64,000 nucleotides of DNA from Chrysomallon squamiferum (Eukaryota; Animalia; Mollusca), in NCBI GenBank assembly GCA_012295275.1, contig CM022667.1, forward strand, positions 20,460,001 through 20,524,000, in the 5' to 3' direction. Within the stretch, counting starts at the first letter, position 1. Each line of letters starts with the position of its first letter. Below, piece by piece: positions 1-14,300 of this stretch. The position numbers and the translations under genes were made by a program. The notes beneath the pieces were generated by a model. That model had not been told where the DNA came from, made no database searches, and was given only the letters and a program-made list of their open reading frames with translations.

Positions 1-1284
1 TCATCGTCTTCTTTTTGCTTGAAGTTCATAGAAATTTAAACAGTTTTAAACTTTAGTATTATGTAAGCATAATTTTATTAAATATGGATTATATATATAA
101 TTTCATATACAACATCTTTTTAGAGACGACGAGAAACTAGCACTCATTTTTGTTTCTGGATATTTTTAATTTGGAAATGAATAAACTGATAAATACAAAC
201 ATATTTAAGCAAGTCTATGATAAAGGTATTTTATTTACTTCTTTGATCTTTTAATGACATTTTTTTCACTACTGAAAAAGCTTGTTGTGTATTTATCTAG
301 TGTCATATTTTATTTGGTAAAGACCGAGTTCACGTATCAACAAACAAGCTGACTGTTTACCTTGTATTAAAATCGTATTACTGTGTTCACAAACAAGTAC
401 GCTGGCTCTGCATTTGCTGAGAAAATTAACTTAATGATCACACTTCCTGGCTCGATTACTGACTTTTAACAACTGTTTTCCTGAAGCCATATTGATCAGT
501 TTGTGCCGTTATAAACAAAACATGTTGATTGGTTCCCATTATACTATTATCCTGACAACAAACAATAATTTATTCAGTAAACATTGTTAATTCTGAATAT
601 CTTTAGCCATCTAGTTTGGACTTCCCGTAGCTTTTTTACTTTTATTTTTTATTTTTTCTTCATCTTCATCATCATCATCATCAGTATCATCATCTTCTTT
701 TTCTAATTATATATTTTTTTAAACACCTTAAACAAAAAAATGTGCAATAGCTAATGGAAATGACATTTAAAACAGAAATAAAGCAATTAATTTTTTTTCT
801 CCTTGATTACGCTCATATAAATGTTTTTCATTGAGATTACTGATAGTATTCCACAGTTTTAGAAACATGTAAAAGATTTTCTAATCTCAATATTTATAAT
901 TTGTTAAAGTTGATGTACATATAGAATACTGAGTGACCCCCCCCCCCAAAAAAAAAGAATCAGCTGGATTAAGCACTTCGAATTTACTATCTTCATTTTT
1001 GTAAATCAAACATTTTTTTCTTCATTTAGTAAAACATGAAAATAGAATTATAACTGACCACATATTGTTTGGTTTTTGGATACATATTATGCAAATCAGA
1101 GCCAGTTTAAATTAATTCTTGTTTAAATTATTAATCTAATTATATTCTCGATTTTCAGTAACGTAAAACAAATGCATATATGTGGTGTATACAGAGCTAT
1201 ATTGAAACTGACAAATACTGCTGTTTAAATCTTCTACTAGTCAGGCAGATAAGAGAATGTGTAATTACTTTATTTTTTTACCAG

Positions 1285-4200
1285 GTTGTTAAAGAACTGG
1301 TGGCTATTTTTCCAGTACTGAGAGATTGGATTGCCGAGTTCCTGTCAGAAAATAAATGCATGATAGCTTCAAACATCGGACACAACATGCTAATAGAGCA
1401 GGTATTTGTGATAACAGAATAACTGAATAACACAGCTGATTACAGCTCGTGAATAATTTGAATAATTTCAGATAAAATGTGAAAGATGACTCATCCTGTA
1501 ACATTTATCAAGCTAATGACTGGAACAGTGTAAACTGCTTGCAAAGAGTTATCCATCAGTAATTTTATTTGCTATTTTTACTTGCTATTTAAATTAAAAA
1601 AAGAATAATAATAATAAAATAAAATATAATAAAATAAAATAAAAAATAAAAAAGAATAAGAATCAGATAAAGAAAATAATAGAAATAAATTAAAACTATT
1701 GCTGTCTTATTTTATCTTGATTTAAATCATAAATTCATAAATCACAGTACTGAGTTTACTGATATAATGTTACAGTACTGAGTGATGTTTACTGATATAG
1801 TGTTACAGTACTGAGAGGTGTTTACTGATATAATGTTACAGTACTGAGTTTTCAGATATAATGATACAGTACTGAGTGATGTTTACTGATATAATGTTAC
1901 AGTACTGAGTGATGTTTACTGATATAGTGTTACAGTACTGAGAGGTGTTTACTGATATAATGTTACAGTACTGAGTTTTCAGATATAATGATACAGTACT
2001 GAGTGATGTTTACTGATATAGTGTTACAGTACTGAGAGGTGTTTACTGATATAATGTTACAGTACTGAGTGATGTTTACTGATATAGTGTTACAGTACTG
2101 AGTTTTCAGATATAATGATACAATACTGAGTGATGTTTACTGATATAGTGTTACAGTACTGAGTGATGTTTACTGATATAGTGTTACAGTACTGAGAGGT
2201 GTTTACTGATATAGTGTTACAGTACTGAGTTTACAGATATAGTGTTACAGTATTGAGTGATGTTTACAGATATAGTGTTACAGTACTGAGTGATGTTTAC
2301 TGATATAATGTTACAGTACTGAGAGGTGTTTACTGATGTAATGTTACAGTCTGAGAGATGTTTACTGATATAATGTTACAGTCTGAGAGATGTTTACTGA
2401 TATAATGTTACAGTACTGAGTTTACAGATATAATGATACAGTACTGAGTGATGTTTACTGATGTAATGTTACAGTCTGAGAGATGTTTACTGATATAATG
2501 TTACAGTCTGAGAGATGTTTACTGATATAATGTTACAGTACTGAGAGGTGTTTACTGATGTAATGTTACAGTACTGAATGGTGTTTACTGATATAATGTT
2601 ACAGTACTGAATGGTGTTTACTGATATAATGTTACAGTACTGAGTGATGTTTACTGATATAATGTTACAGTACTGAGAGGTGTTTACTGATGTAATGTTA
2701 CAGTACTGAATGGTGTTTACTGATATAATGTTACAGTACTGAATGGTGTTTACTGATATAATGTTACAGTACTGAGAGGTGTTTACTGATGTAATGTTAC
2801 AGTACTGAATGGTGTTTACTGATATAATGTTACAGTACTAAGGTGTTTACAGATATAATGTTACAGTACTGAGAGGTGTTTACTGATATAGTGTTACAGT
2901 CTGAGAGGTGTTTACTGATATAATGTTACAGTACTGAGAGGTGTTTACTGATGTAATGTTACAGTACTGAATGGTGTTTACTGATATAATGTTACAGTAC
3001 TGAGTGGTGTTTACTGATATAGTGTTACAGTATTGAGTGGTGTTTACTGATGTAATGTTACAGTACTGAATGGTGTTTACTGATATAATGTTACAGTATT
3101 GAGTGGTGTTTACTGATGTAATGTTACAGTACTGAGTGGTGTTTACTGATGTAATGTTAAAGAACTGAATGGTGTTTACTGATATAATGTTACAGTATTG
3201 AGTGGTGTTTACTGATGTAATGTTACAGTGCTGAGTGTAGATTACTAATATTATGTTACAGTACAGAGTGGTGTTGACTGATGTAATGTTACAGTACTGA
3301 ATGGTGTTTACTGATATAGTGTTACAGTTCTCAGTGGTGTTTACTGATAAAATGTTACAGTACTGAGTGATGTTTACTGATATAATGTTACAGTCTGAGA
3401 GGTGTTTACTGATATAATGTTACAGTCTGAGAGGTGTTTACAGATATAATGTTACAGTATTGAGTGGTGTTTATTGATCTAATGTTACAATACTTAGTGG
3501 TGTTTACTGATATAATGTTACAGTATTGAGTGGTGTTTATTGATCTAATGTTACAGTACTGAGTGATGTTTACTGATATAATGTTACAGTACTGAGTGGT
3601 GTTACTGATATAATGTTACAGTACTGAGTGATGTTTACTGATCTAATGTTACAATACTTACTGGTGTTTATTGATCTAATGTTACAGTACTGAGTAATGT
3701 TTACTGATATAGTGTTATACTACTTAGTGGTGTTACTGATATAATGTTACAGGTGTTGAGACTGCTGTATCACCTGGTCAAGTTTGGCTACTACCTTGAT
3801 GCTGAAGATGTTCTTCAACTTCTTCCTCCTCTGCTTACATTACTAGATGGACGACATGACTATCCGTTCCCTAAAGACAAAGATGTCGGGAAAAAAACTG
3901 AATGTAAGAAACTACACATACATTGTATTTCAGAAAGAAGTCAACCTAATTCATTATTATCAAAGTGTAAAATGAACTGTACAGAACTAACTTTATAAAA
4001 CAATTACTTTGAAATCTGTGTGTTAACTAAATATAATACTGTGCAAGAACAAACTGTACAAAGATTAATGTTTTCTGACAGCTTACTCTAAGGAGGCAAT
4101 GAAACAAGTCCTGGAATATCAGCATTTGGAGAGATATGAAGCCTGTCCAGAAACGGAGGCCATAGTGAATGCCAAATTCCAGTAAGTTGTGCATATAATA

Positions 4201-7200
4201 TTATTATTTTTATTTTGTCTGATGTTATGTCTTTAATATTTTGATCTTATTAATAACTGTTAAGTCTAATTTTGTCACTGTACTATTTCTGTTACATTTA
4301 CTGTTCAATATGTAATAATTTATTATATTTTTTAAAGACATTTTATCATATATTTTTCTCTTTATGTACATTTTATATATATAATTAATTTTATATATAT
4401 ATATAATTAATAATTGTAATGTTAGAAGATTTTATTTTAGTCTTCTGGTACAGGGTGAAACTTGCTGAACTGACTAAATGTTTTTCCAATATTTTATTTT
4501 TATTATTATAAAGAGTACTGGAAGTTTTGGATCTCCTTCTTACTTATCAGAGAAACTCCAGACTTCAGGTACTGCTATTATTATTATTATTGTTATTATT
4601 ATTATTATTGTTGTTTTGTTGTTATTGTTGTTGTTATTATTATTTACATATTTTGTGTCATGTTTGATTTTTTCACTTCTTTGTGTTTTATTTATCTACT
4701 CATGGATTTTTCCTATTTAAAGCTGATTTTTGAATTTATATATTATTCAGTCAGATATAATTAATACATAATTTAAGATTTAACTATAATCTAAGGTGGG
4801 TTTTTTCGGACAATCTTTTAAGTCATTACAACTTTTTTCTAGTCAATCTTTTAATTAAGTTAAAACTTTTATGTTATATTTAAATAATGTATAATTTTTA
4901 ATTAAATTTTTCAAATAAAATAGTTATGGTAAAGACCATGTGAATATGTTCATTTGTTATTTCAGAGTTTTGTTGGGAAGTTTAAAATAGCAGAGCAGTC
5001 TGCTTCAGCCAAACGTGGTGCTCAGAGTACACTGGTTCCCCTCCTGTACGACACGTACGACCCTCACAGCAACCAGAAGTATGACTAGAACCAGTCTAAA
5101 TATTTCTTATGTTAATTATTTTTTTTTTTATACCATATTTATATAGCACATTTTCCATACTGAGTAAATTCAAGGCTGCTTTACAGTGTAAATAATAAAC
5201 TATAAAAAAAAAAAAAAAAAATATAGAAAAAACATGGACATAAACATATTAAAATAAATGTAAACATAATGGTGAACATGTTAAAATGGTGGTCAGATTA
5301 ACATTCAAAAATGGTTTAAGATAGTTAACAGATTAGCTTGAACATTTTATTGGAAAAAGTGGATCTGAAAGAAATGGGTAATATTTAGGATATAGTTGTT
5401 GTTCATAAATGGTGATGTGTATGGTATTAGAGAAATAAAACAAATATTAAGCATTTTTCTGTTTTCTAATTAACTGCTTTTGGCAAGATGTGAAAACAAA
5501 ATATTAATAATACTTACAGAAGGGCAATGAATCACCAGAAGAGAGTTACCAAGGAACTGCAAAATATGTTCAATCTGTCAGCCATCTTTGATGTGGAGTT
5601 ACTCACAAAAGTTCTAGTGGTGAGTTATCACAAAATGAGCCTTGAAAGAAATTCAAAATATTGAAGTTTCATCAATAAAATTATATTTAAAAATACCAAA
5701 TTATACAATTCAATATTGGTTTTACTGTTTAAAAATAAATTTATACTCTTATTAAAATATTTAAAAAAATGCAAATGGTTTTCTTCCAAGATTTTTACAC
5801 AGTTAGCCTAGATTTTATTAAAACTGACTACATGAAATTTTTGTTTATTTGTTTTTGTAGGATTTGTCCCAGTACAAGTACAACAAACTAATCACAAAGT
5901 CACTGAATATTCTGAACAAAGTATATTCATCAAAAACCAATATGTTCAAATTGTCTTCCAAAGCTCAGGTTTGTCACATTACAAATATTTCACTGAAACA
6001 GGATTTTTTTTATGAACTTGTATATATCAATCAGGGAGTGTTTATGGTGTTTTAAACATAATTTCTGTCATGAAAGCATTTAAATGTTGTCAACTTAACT
6101 TTGTGAAATGTCTGATCTAGATTTCAGAAATACTACTGGGGTTAGGGTTAAGTTAGCATTATGATTAGACTGAAATATATGTTTACAACAAGAACATTTT
6201 CTCATAAAATTTGAAAAAATCCCTTATGCTGAGTGTTACATTTTTGTCTTACTGATATGTTTAAAAATGTGATTGTAAAATGGTTATTTAGGAGACTGTT
6301 ACTAACTGTAAAACATTAAACTGTAAATCTGCATGATACACTTCATAATGTTCAAAACATTTTCACTTTTCTGCTTCAAATATGAAATAATTAATGCATT
6401 TCATATTAAGGATTTGATAAACCAATAAATAAATAAGTGTTAAATTTGAATGCTCTTTCAGGTATTACTCACACAAGATTCTTCACGTGTTCATCGTGAA
6501 GTTCTGAAGAACTTGCCAATTCTGCGACGTCTGGCTCGAGCCAAACTGGACGACCAGCAAGTCAAACTGATGGGCAGCATTCTCGATGACATGGCAGAGT
6601 AAATCACTTTATAGTATATACAACAACAACAGTATTAACAAATGTAACAATAAGAACAACAGCAATAATAGCTACAGTAACAGTAGCAATAATAGTAATA
6701 ACAATAACCATCATAATGGCAATATAAGTAGTCTATCTCTATAGCAACAGGTTCCACAAATTGTAATTAAATGAACTTTATACTTGAGTCAAGCAGTTTA
6801 ATGTAGATATCTTAGTATGTTGAAAAAGTAAATTTGTAGATATTTGAAAAAAAATTAAAGTTTTTAGTCTAATATTAAATTTAATTAATAATTTGTCTGA
6901 TGACTGTCTGCTGCAGGTTCTGCCATCTTCCAATGACTCCTGATGAACCTCATCCCATGAACCAGAACATCCTTATCAGCAACGGTAATCGGTTAAACAC
7001 ATTTGTTTTATTTTGTGCTATTCATCATGTTGTTCAGTTGTTTTCTGTTATGTAAAACTTCTAGTTAGGGTGTTGTTAGTTTTTTTATATCTTTCTGCAG
7101 TGACTGAAGCAATTTTGAAAAATTCTTCTGTTCTTGAACTGACATTATTGTTATTATGTTTTTTATAATCTTTTGTAATGTTAATAAAATTCATTTATAT

Positions 7201-10200
7201 GTTTATTTATTATTAAATAAATATTTTATGATAAACTGCTACATATAGAATTATTTTACTAAAACTATGCCAGTACTTTCAGTTTTATTCAGAAAAGATA
7301 AGTAAACTAATTCATCTGATATCACATATTAAAATACTCGTTATTTTTTTGAATTTTATAATAAAATATTTAAAGATAATGTTTATCTCTCTTGTTTTTT
7401 CAGGAATACTGAACATCTTGTTTGATATTTTGGTGCAGGAAATAGATGTCAAGTTGCTGGTATGTTTCTGGAAGATATTACAACAAACAAATACTAACAT
7501 TTCTGTTCTTGTTAATTTATATTATAACTTATATTTTAAACTCTTGTTTACTAAATAAGAAATTCAGAAAAGTTATATTAAACAGACATTAAATCAGAAA
7601 AAAATATAAATAAAGAAATAAACATTAGTTAAAATAAAAGTCATATAAACATCTCGATACATTCTGTGAGTGGAACTGTGTTTGCAGGAGCAGTATGCAG
7701 GGATGAATGAGATATTTAAGAAGACGTTGTACCTGCTGAAGCTGCTGGCGAGGGAGAATGACCGAGTTCAGTATCACATCTTCGAGAGACTCGATGTTTT
7801 ACTCGATGTCCGAGTTGTTGAATCTGACCTTGCCATGGCTCTCAGTGAAGTAAGAAGATTTCTAGTTAATAAAAAAGCTTGGAAATCTTATACAAATCAG
7901 TGTGCAACGGCTGGTATATCTAGCCTACCTTTTAGTAATAGTGATTTTGTCACTGCTTTGGTCAGCAGGAAGTAACAGAAAAAAATTATAATCTTGTGAC
8001 ATAAAGTAAAATATATGTGAACAGTTAGTGAGGAATTTAAAAATAATCATCAGCAGTTTAAAACAGTTCTTCATATTTATTATTATAATAATTTGAAAAA
8101 ATATAGTCTGTTATATTTATGTTGTAAGATTAGTTTGTGGGGTTTTTTTCAGTGATGTTACATAATATCTATGGTTTAACCCTAGTGTGTTTATCTTCAT
8201 TTTAACAGTATTCTATATATTCTGTCAATTCTTTTACTCTAAACCGCTCTGTTATAATTCTAATTTATCTATTGTATCTACATAATAATACTAGTAAATG
8301 TATTGCTTTTGTGTACTAACAATAATATGTGTAATTTAGCTATGTAGTAATATAATATCTGAATTATAGTAATACTAATATGTGTATTGTATTATGTAGT
8401 AATACTAATATGTAATTGTATGTATGCAGTAATACTAATATGTGTCTGTTCAGGTATTTTATGGGAATCAGAACACCTGTCTAAAGATCAGTCCAAGACA
8501 GATACAGAAGATTGTCAACCGAGCAGCAGAACTGCAGGAGAAAGCTCCAGAGTTTCTAGATCTGCTGCAGATGATTGTCAAAGTGGTTGGGTCAGGTCTG
8601 ACGCTGAAGAGGAACCAGGCGTATGTGATGAAATACATCATGCAGAACTACAAAAAGGTTGCCTACGTACTGGACCTCTCCAGAGATGAAAGGTTTATTT
8701 TTTCATACATTTTTTTTTACTATTAATTTGAAATGTAAATAATTTATATAACTACTGAATAAAACTGATGTTTTGTTCCAATACATCAGAAAACCCATAA
8801 ATTTATACATTATATATATGCTAATAACTGAAATGTTAATGAAACTGTGCTTTATTTAAAATGTGAGAAAACAAATGTCTGTTTTTCAGAGAGAAGATTT
8901 TGACAAATCCCACAAACATGGCCATTTTGAGATACTACATTAGTTTGTTGGATCTGCTGGCAGCATGTGCTGAGGTATGTTTTGTAGTTTGTCAAACAAT
9001 TTAAATATTTCATTAATACTGTGACAATTACAGTCCTTAGTTTCTTCAGTACTAACACTGGTTATAAAAATATTTTATACTGTCAGTTATTTCTCTAAGG
9101 AAACATTAATTTAACTAACAACAGTTTTAAAACTGTATTGAATCGACTAAAACTGTATTTAATCCATTAAAGCTGTTTGAATTCTGTAGAACATTCTGGT
9201 AAATGTGTGTTTATTGGTGTGCAGGGAGAGAACATGTTTATAGAATCACTGTGTCAGACAATACTGCCTATGGATGATCTCCTGTGGATACTTAACAACC
9301 CCAACGTGGACAACGTTTTGAAGAAACCGTTTCTGCGCTGTCTGCATCATGTGTACATGAAAAGTAACGGATCTGCAGTCGACATGCAGAACAGTGAGAT
9401 TCCACATGACGGGTGTGTACAAAATAGGTTTAACTGACTGTACACCTAGTTCAGGTGTTTAGTAACAATAACATCTATTTAACTGACCATACAACTAGTT
9501 CCAGTATAGATGTACACACAAAATTTTCAGTTTTAAAAGAGCAGGTTAATATAATTAAATATTCACAAATTATTTAAATGTTTCGAAACAAAACCAGTAA
9601 TAATAAAAATTTAAATTAAATAAAATGATCTAAGTAAATAAATAAATAAATAAACAAATAAAAATTAAAAGCATCAAAATTTATTTTAAAAATTATCTAA
9701 TTAATACTTGATATTTTTATCAAATTATTACTCTGAAAACATTTTTTTCTTTTCTAAAGTCCATTTTAAATACAAAGTATTAGTTTCTGTTGTTTTATTT
9801 TCAAGGTAAATTTAGACCTGTTTTACCTCTGAATTTTTTTTACAGCTTGGTGTCAGATTTTAAAATAAATATTTGAAATGTTAATTTTTTACCACTTTGA
9901 CTTAATTATTAAGTTATAAAAGAAGGAAGCGAAAACCAAGATCTTCCCAAATCCACATTGTTTTTGACCACTGTGGGTAAGGTGCTCCTATAAATCCCCC
10001 CCATCACCCATACCCAAGTCCAGTGTTTACTCCATTTATTTACTTTTACCTCAACTCCTTTTTTTGAGGATTGTGTGATTAGGTCAAGTTAAAAAAAACA
10101 AATAATTTATTCATTAATATATTTTTTTAAATATTTAAAAATAATTATTTTTGTGTATAATAATTTGAATATGTATACATAGTTTTCTAAAAGGTACATG

Positions 10201-10772
10201 CACAACACCTGTTCATTTTGCCAAAACACAACTACCATTTCTTAATTTTTAATGTTTTTTCTTAATTTACTGGAAGGACTTCTGTATGGTGTGGTGTGTC
10301 TGTGGGCAGCCCTAGGTACACTGTTTTAAGATGATGTTATTTCATGTTGGCAGCAGTTCTGTTTAATTACTTAATGTTAATATTCTAAAACCTTCTTCTG
10401 ATTTTGTTTGTTCAGTGTAACCAGAATTGACTGTCTTCAAAGCTATTACATAACAAAGATTAATTAATGTACAATTTAATATAGCATGATATTTATTTCC
10501 ATCCCACAGTGGATGTGTTTGAGTGCAGTGTTAAAACAAATGCACAGTGTGAAGAACAAATGAGATAATTAAATTTGCTGCACTCAGTTTTAATACTAAT
10601 CAGTTGATGTAATGAGCAGTTCCAGCCATGAAACAAAGAGAAACATCCATCTGAACTAATTTTCTAATTTACTTCTAATCTGCAATAACAAAAAATATTA
10701 ATATATAAATAAAAATAGAAAAATCATTTTTGACATTTTATATTATATAACTGTATGGATGCTGTATGTTCA

Positions 10773-10806
<34 letters not shown>

Positions 10807-11284
10807 CAAATAAACCCTGACATAGATTTTTACATTTATTTATTAATTTTAAACCATTTGGAGGTTTATCCTCAAACAAAGGAGTTTACTTTACCTAAAT
10901 TATCTGTCCCCATCTTTATTTCAGTCTTTTTTAAAACATTGAAATTTATCTGTTGTTGAAATGCATTATAGCAAATTTTCTGAATGAAATGAAATGTTGT
11001 TTAATATTTTATTTAAATATTGTCTTCATTTACAAGAATGTTTTTTAAGTATGTTTTTTAAGTATGTTTTTAAGAATGTTTTTTAAATATGTTTTTTTAA
11101 GAATGTTTTTAAGAATTTTTAAAGTATGTTTTTTTTACTGTATGAAGAGATATATACTGATCTTTTTTTATCAATCAGAATTTCACCAGATTTGTCTTCA
11201 CTTCAAGTGAATCACAAATTTTATTATATTACTCAAACAATATACTCTTTTGTACAGTTCTAATTCTGAAAATATTAATTTTTA

Positions 11285-11339
<55 letters not shown>

Positions 11340-14300
11340 TGTAATTAATAAACATGAAGGCCAATGTTTTTTCTAAAATTACCTGGTGACAATTCTGTAT
11401 TTTTACTTACTGTCAGATTATTCAGGCATGTTACATTTTATGTAGGGGAGACTGGGCTAACACAAACCATTTTTCTATCAGAACAACCTAGACTTGAAGG
11501 TTTCAGCAGTTTCCATGCAAGTCAATAATGTGTACTGCAGAAGCCACTTCTTACACAATACATAATTATACTTGTTTGAATACATCCTAGGATTTAAGTT
11601 GAGATATGGTTGAACTTACCCTTGTCTCCTCAAACAGATTGTGAAATATAACTATTAATTTATTTATGCATGGATTAACTTTTGCTTTCTTTAATTAAAA
11701 TAATGACAAACAGATACTTTCTTAATAACTTTTGAAATTTATAAATGTTAATAAACTTTTCAATTTTCTTTTCTTTGTAATTAACAAAAGAAAATTATTA
11801 ACTTTTACTTTTGACCATAGTGAAATGAAAAACTTTTAAATGTTCATTTGGAGAAATAAAATCTTGAAGTGATAGCAGAAGTTAAAAAAAAACATTTTTT
11901 TTTCCCTACAGAGTTGCTTGTAAATTAACCATTAAGCACATTTTTAATTGTAATTTTCTACCAGTGTGCAGAAACAAAAGCCGGCCCATGATTACTGGCG
12001 ATGGTAAACATTGCTTGCATGGTTTCATGTGCACATGGGACTTATAGTTAATCACTTTATACATTTAATTTTTTCATTTTATTTTATTTTTATTTTTTTC
12101 AAATTATAATTTCTATAATGTCATTTTCTATTTCAGACTTAACATTTATCCAAAGATGGTTAACATTAAAAAGTAAATAAATAAAAAGATTAAAAAAATT
12201 AAAAATTCCTAAAAACCAAAACAACTATAGTATATTTAAATAGACTGTTTTCTTATGCACTCTGTGAAATGTCCAAGACAGAACCATGTGCCCATGAGCG
12301 CCACTGTGCCAATGCATGATGTATCAGCCGGTGAATGTGACTACAACAGTTGCATGATTATACAAGTACTACTGTCTGTGCAACTATTGTCAGTCTTCAG
12401 ACACTACACTGTTGTGGAGGCTAGCCATTTTCATAAATGCTATAACAAGTGTTGTAATTTCTTTTTAAAAGCACATATTAAATAAGGACAAATATTATCA
12501 AACAGATATTTTAAAATTTACATTTGATTTTTATTTACAGACTTTATCAAATTCAGTAATATTTACTTGTTGCATGAAAAAATATTACAGTTAAACAAAA
12601 GTAATATTCATGAAAACATAACATTTTGACAAAGGTAAATATGAAACTGTTTTCAATCTCAAAATTTTCCTGCATGGCATTTTGCTGGAAATACATATAT
12701 ATATAGGTATTAAAAAAAAAAAAATAAAATAAAAAATAAAATAAAAACAGAAGAAAAAAATAAAAAGGAAGATTTTGTTCTGAAAATATCTCTTCCAAAT
12801 GTTTAAATATCTATTACAAATCTTATTGCTGATGTTAATATACACAGAAAATAATTATCATTGTTGTTTGTGCTATAGAATAAAAAGCTGTGGCTGAAAA
12901 AGTCTCTGAGTAACTTTCCATTCTTGTAAAGTATGTGGCTCAATCCCACGACATTTCGGGGATGGAAAGATAACTCTTGTTGACTAATAACTTAAAAGTG
13001 TTTATAATTTGTAACTCTAGTAATTGTTACGGAGCCATTGCTCTGTAACTTGTAACTCATCATAATAAAGAGTTATAGAATCATTGCTCTGCTGCTTAAA
13101 AACACTGGAGTGCTGATGTGAAAGAGTGAAGATTTATTTAAAATGTTAGTAATATATAAATTAGAAGACTTGCTGTTATCAGGTTGTTTAGTTTTGTCAG
13201 TTAATATTGTCAGCACATAGTCTCTGTGATAGAGTTAATGTTTCAGTGTTTAGTATTTGTCAACACTTTGTGCTATTGTTAAGAAATATAGAATTAGAAA
13301 TAATACAGGCATTTAGCACATGAATTATAGAAGGAGGTAATATTTAATTATCAAAGACTGTAAAAAGAAAGGTATATTTTTAGAACAGTTTTATACATTT
13401 TTTATAAACAAATGTGTGTGTTTTCGTTTGTGCTTACAGAAATTGTTTGTCCTCATGACTGTATTTTGCAAGCAAACCTTTTGATATAACTTTATATAAA
13501 GTGGACTACTTCATCATAAATATAGTAATGAAAGCAAAGTGTTACTACTATAAGAATATTTTAAGATCTGTTGGACTTGGATCTATTATTAAGTTATGAT
13601 CAAATTACATTGGTTTCTTATTCATTTTATTGCTAAAGTGAATCTTTACAAATTTAAATTATTTGTTAGGATTGTTAATTTTGCCTAATTTTATGTTTTA
13701 GATCATTTGTTTCATTACTAATGACATATCATTTTATTACCTGAATATTTTGTCAGTGAACTGTGGGAATACATTTCATCTCTGTCTATTGAGATGAACA
13801 GACTGACAGACAGCATCAAGGAGGATCCAGACAAGATTGCCATTTACCTGAAAACTGCTCCAGAAAAAGGGTAAACTTACTTTATGTAAACCTGCACTAT
13901 GTCATTCACAAGCTTTACTTCTATCCAGTTGCAGAACTACATTTTTGGGTCCTGAACCTTGAATTAATTATATGGCCCTGAATCTTGAACAACTGTTACT
14001 GGCAACAAGATGGTTTGCATAACCACTGTTTTCTTTTTTAGGGGGCTTCTTCCAAGAAAGATCACCATAAACTGTTTTTTTAATTTATACACCAAAAATA
14101 ATATGGATTACAATTTTGAAGCATTATGGACTGAAGTCACTTTTGGTGCCTCTCCTCTACTGGGTCCCATAAGTTTAAGATTCTTTAGTTTCATAACAGA
14201 TCTGCCTCTGCTTCTACCAATAACACAGTGCAGTTCATTTTTAAATGTGATTATCTAGATTTAAATATTGATTTCCCTTTAGATAAATATTATTTGTAAT

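Noticed and set aside
1744-3752. Regular arrays (also 21795-22702 and 62799-64000) resembling CRISPR arrays
   Set aside because: No unique spacers and no cas genes; the context is eukaryotic introns. They are minisatellites.
10510-10570. Acceptor-like CCCACAG at 10509 as another cassette exon
   Set aside because: In the required phase it hits TGA after three codons, and it has no convincing donor.
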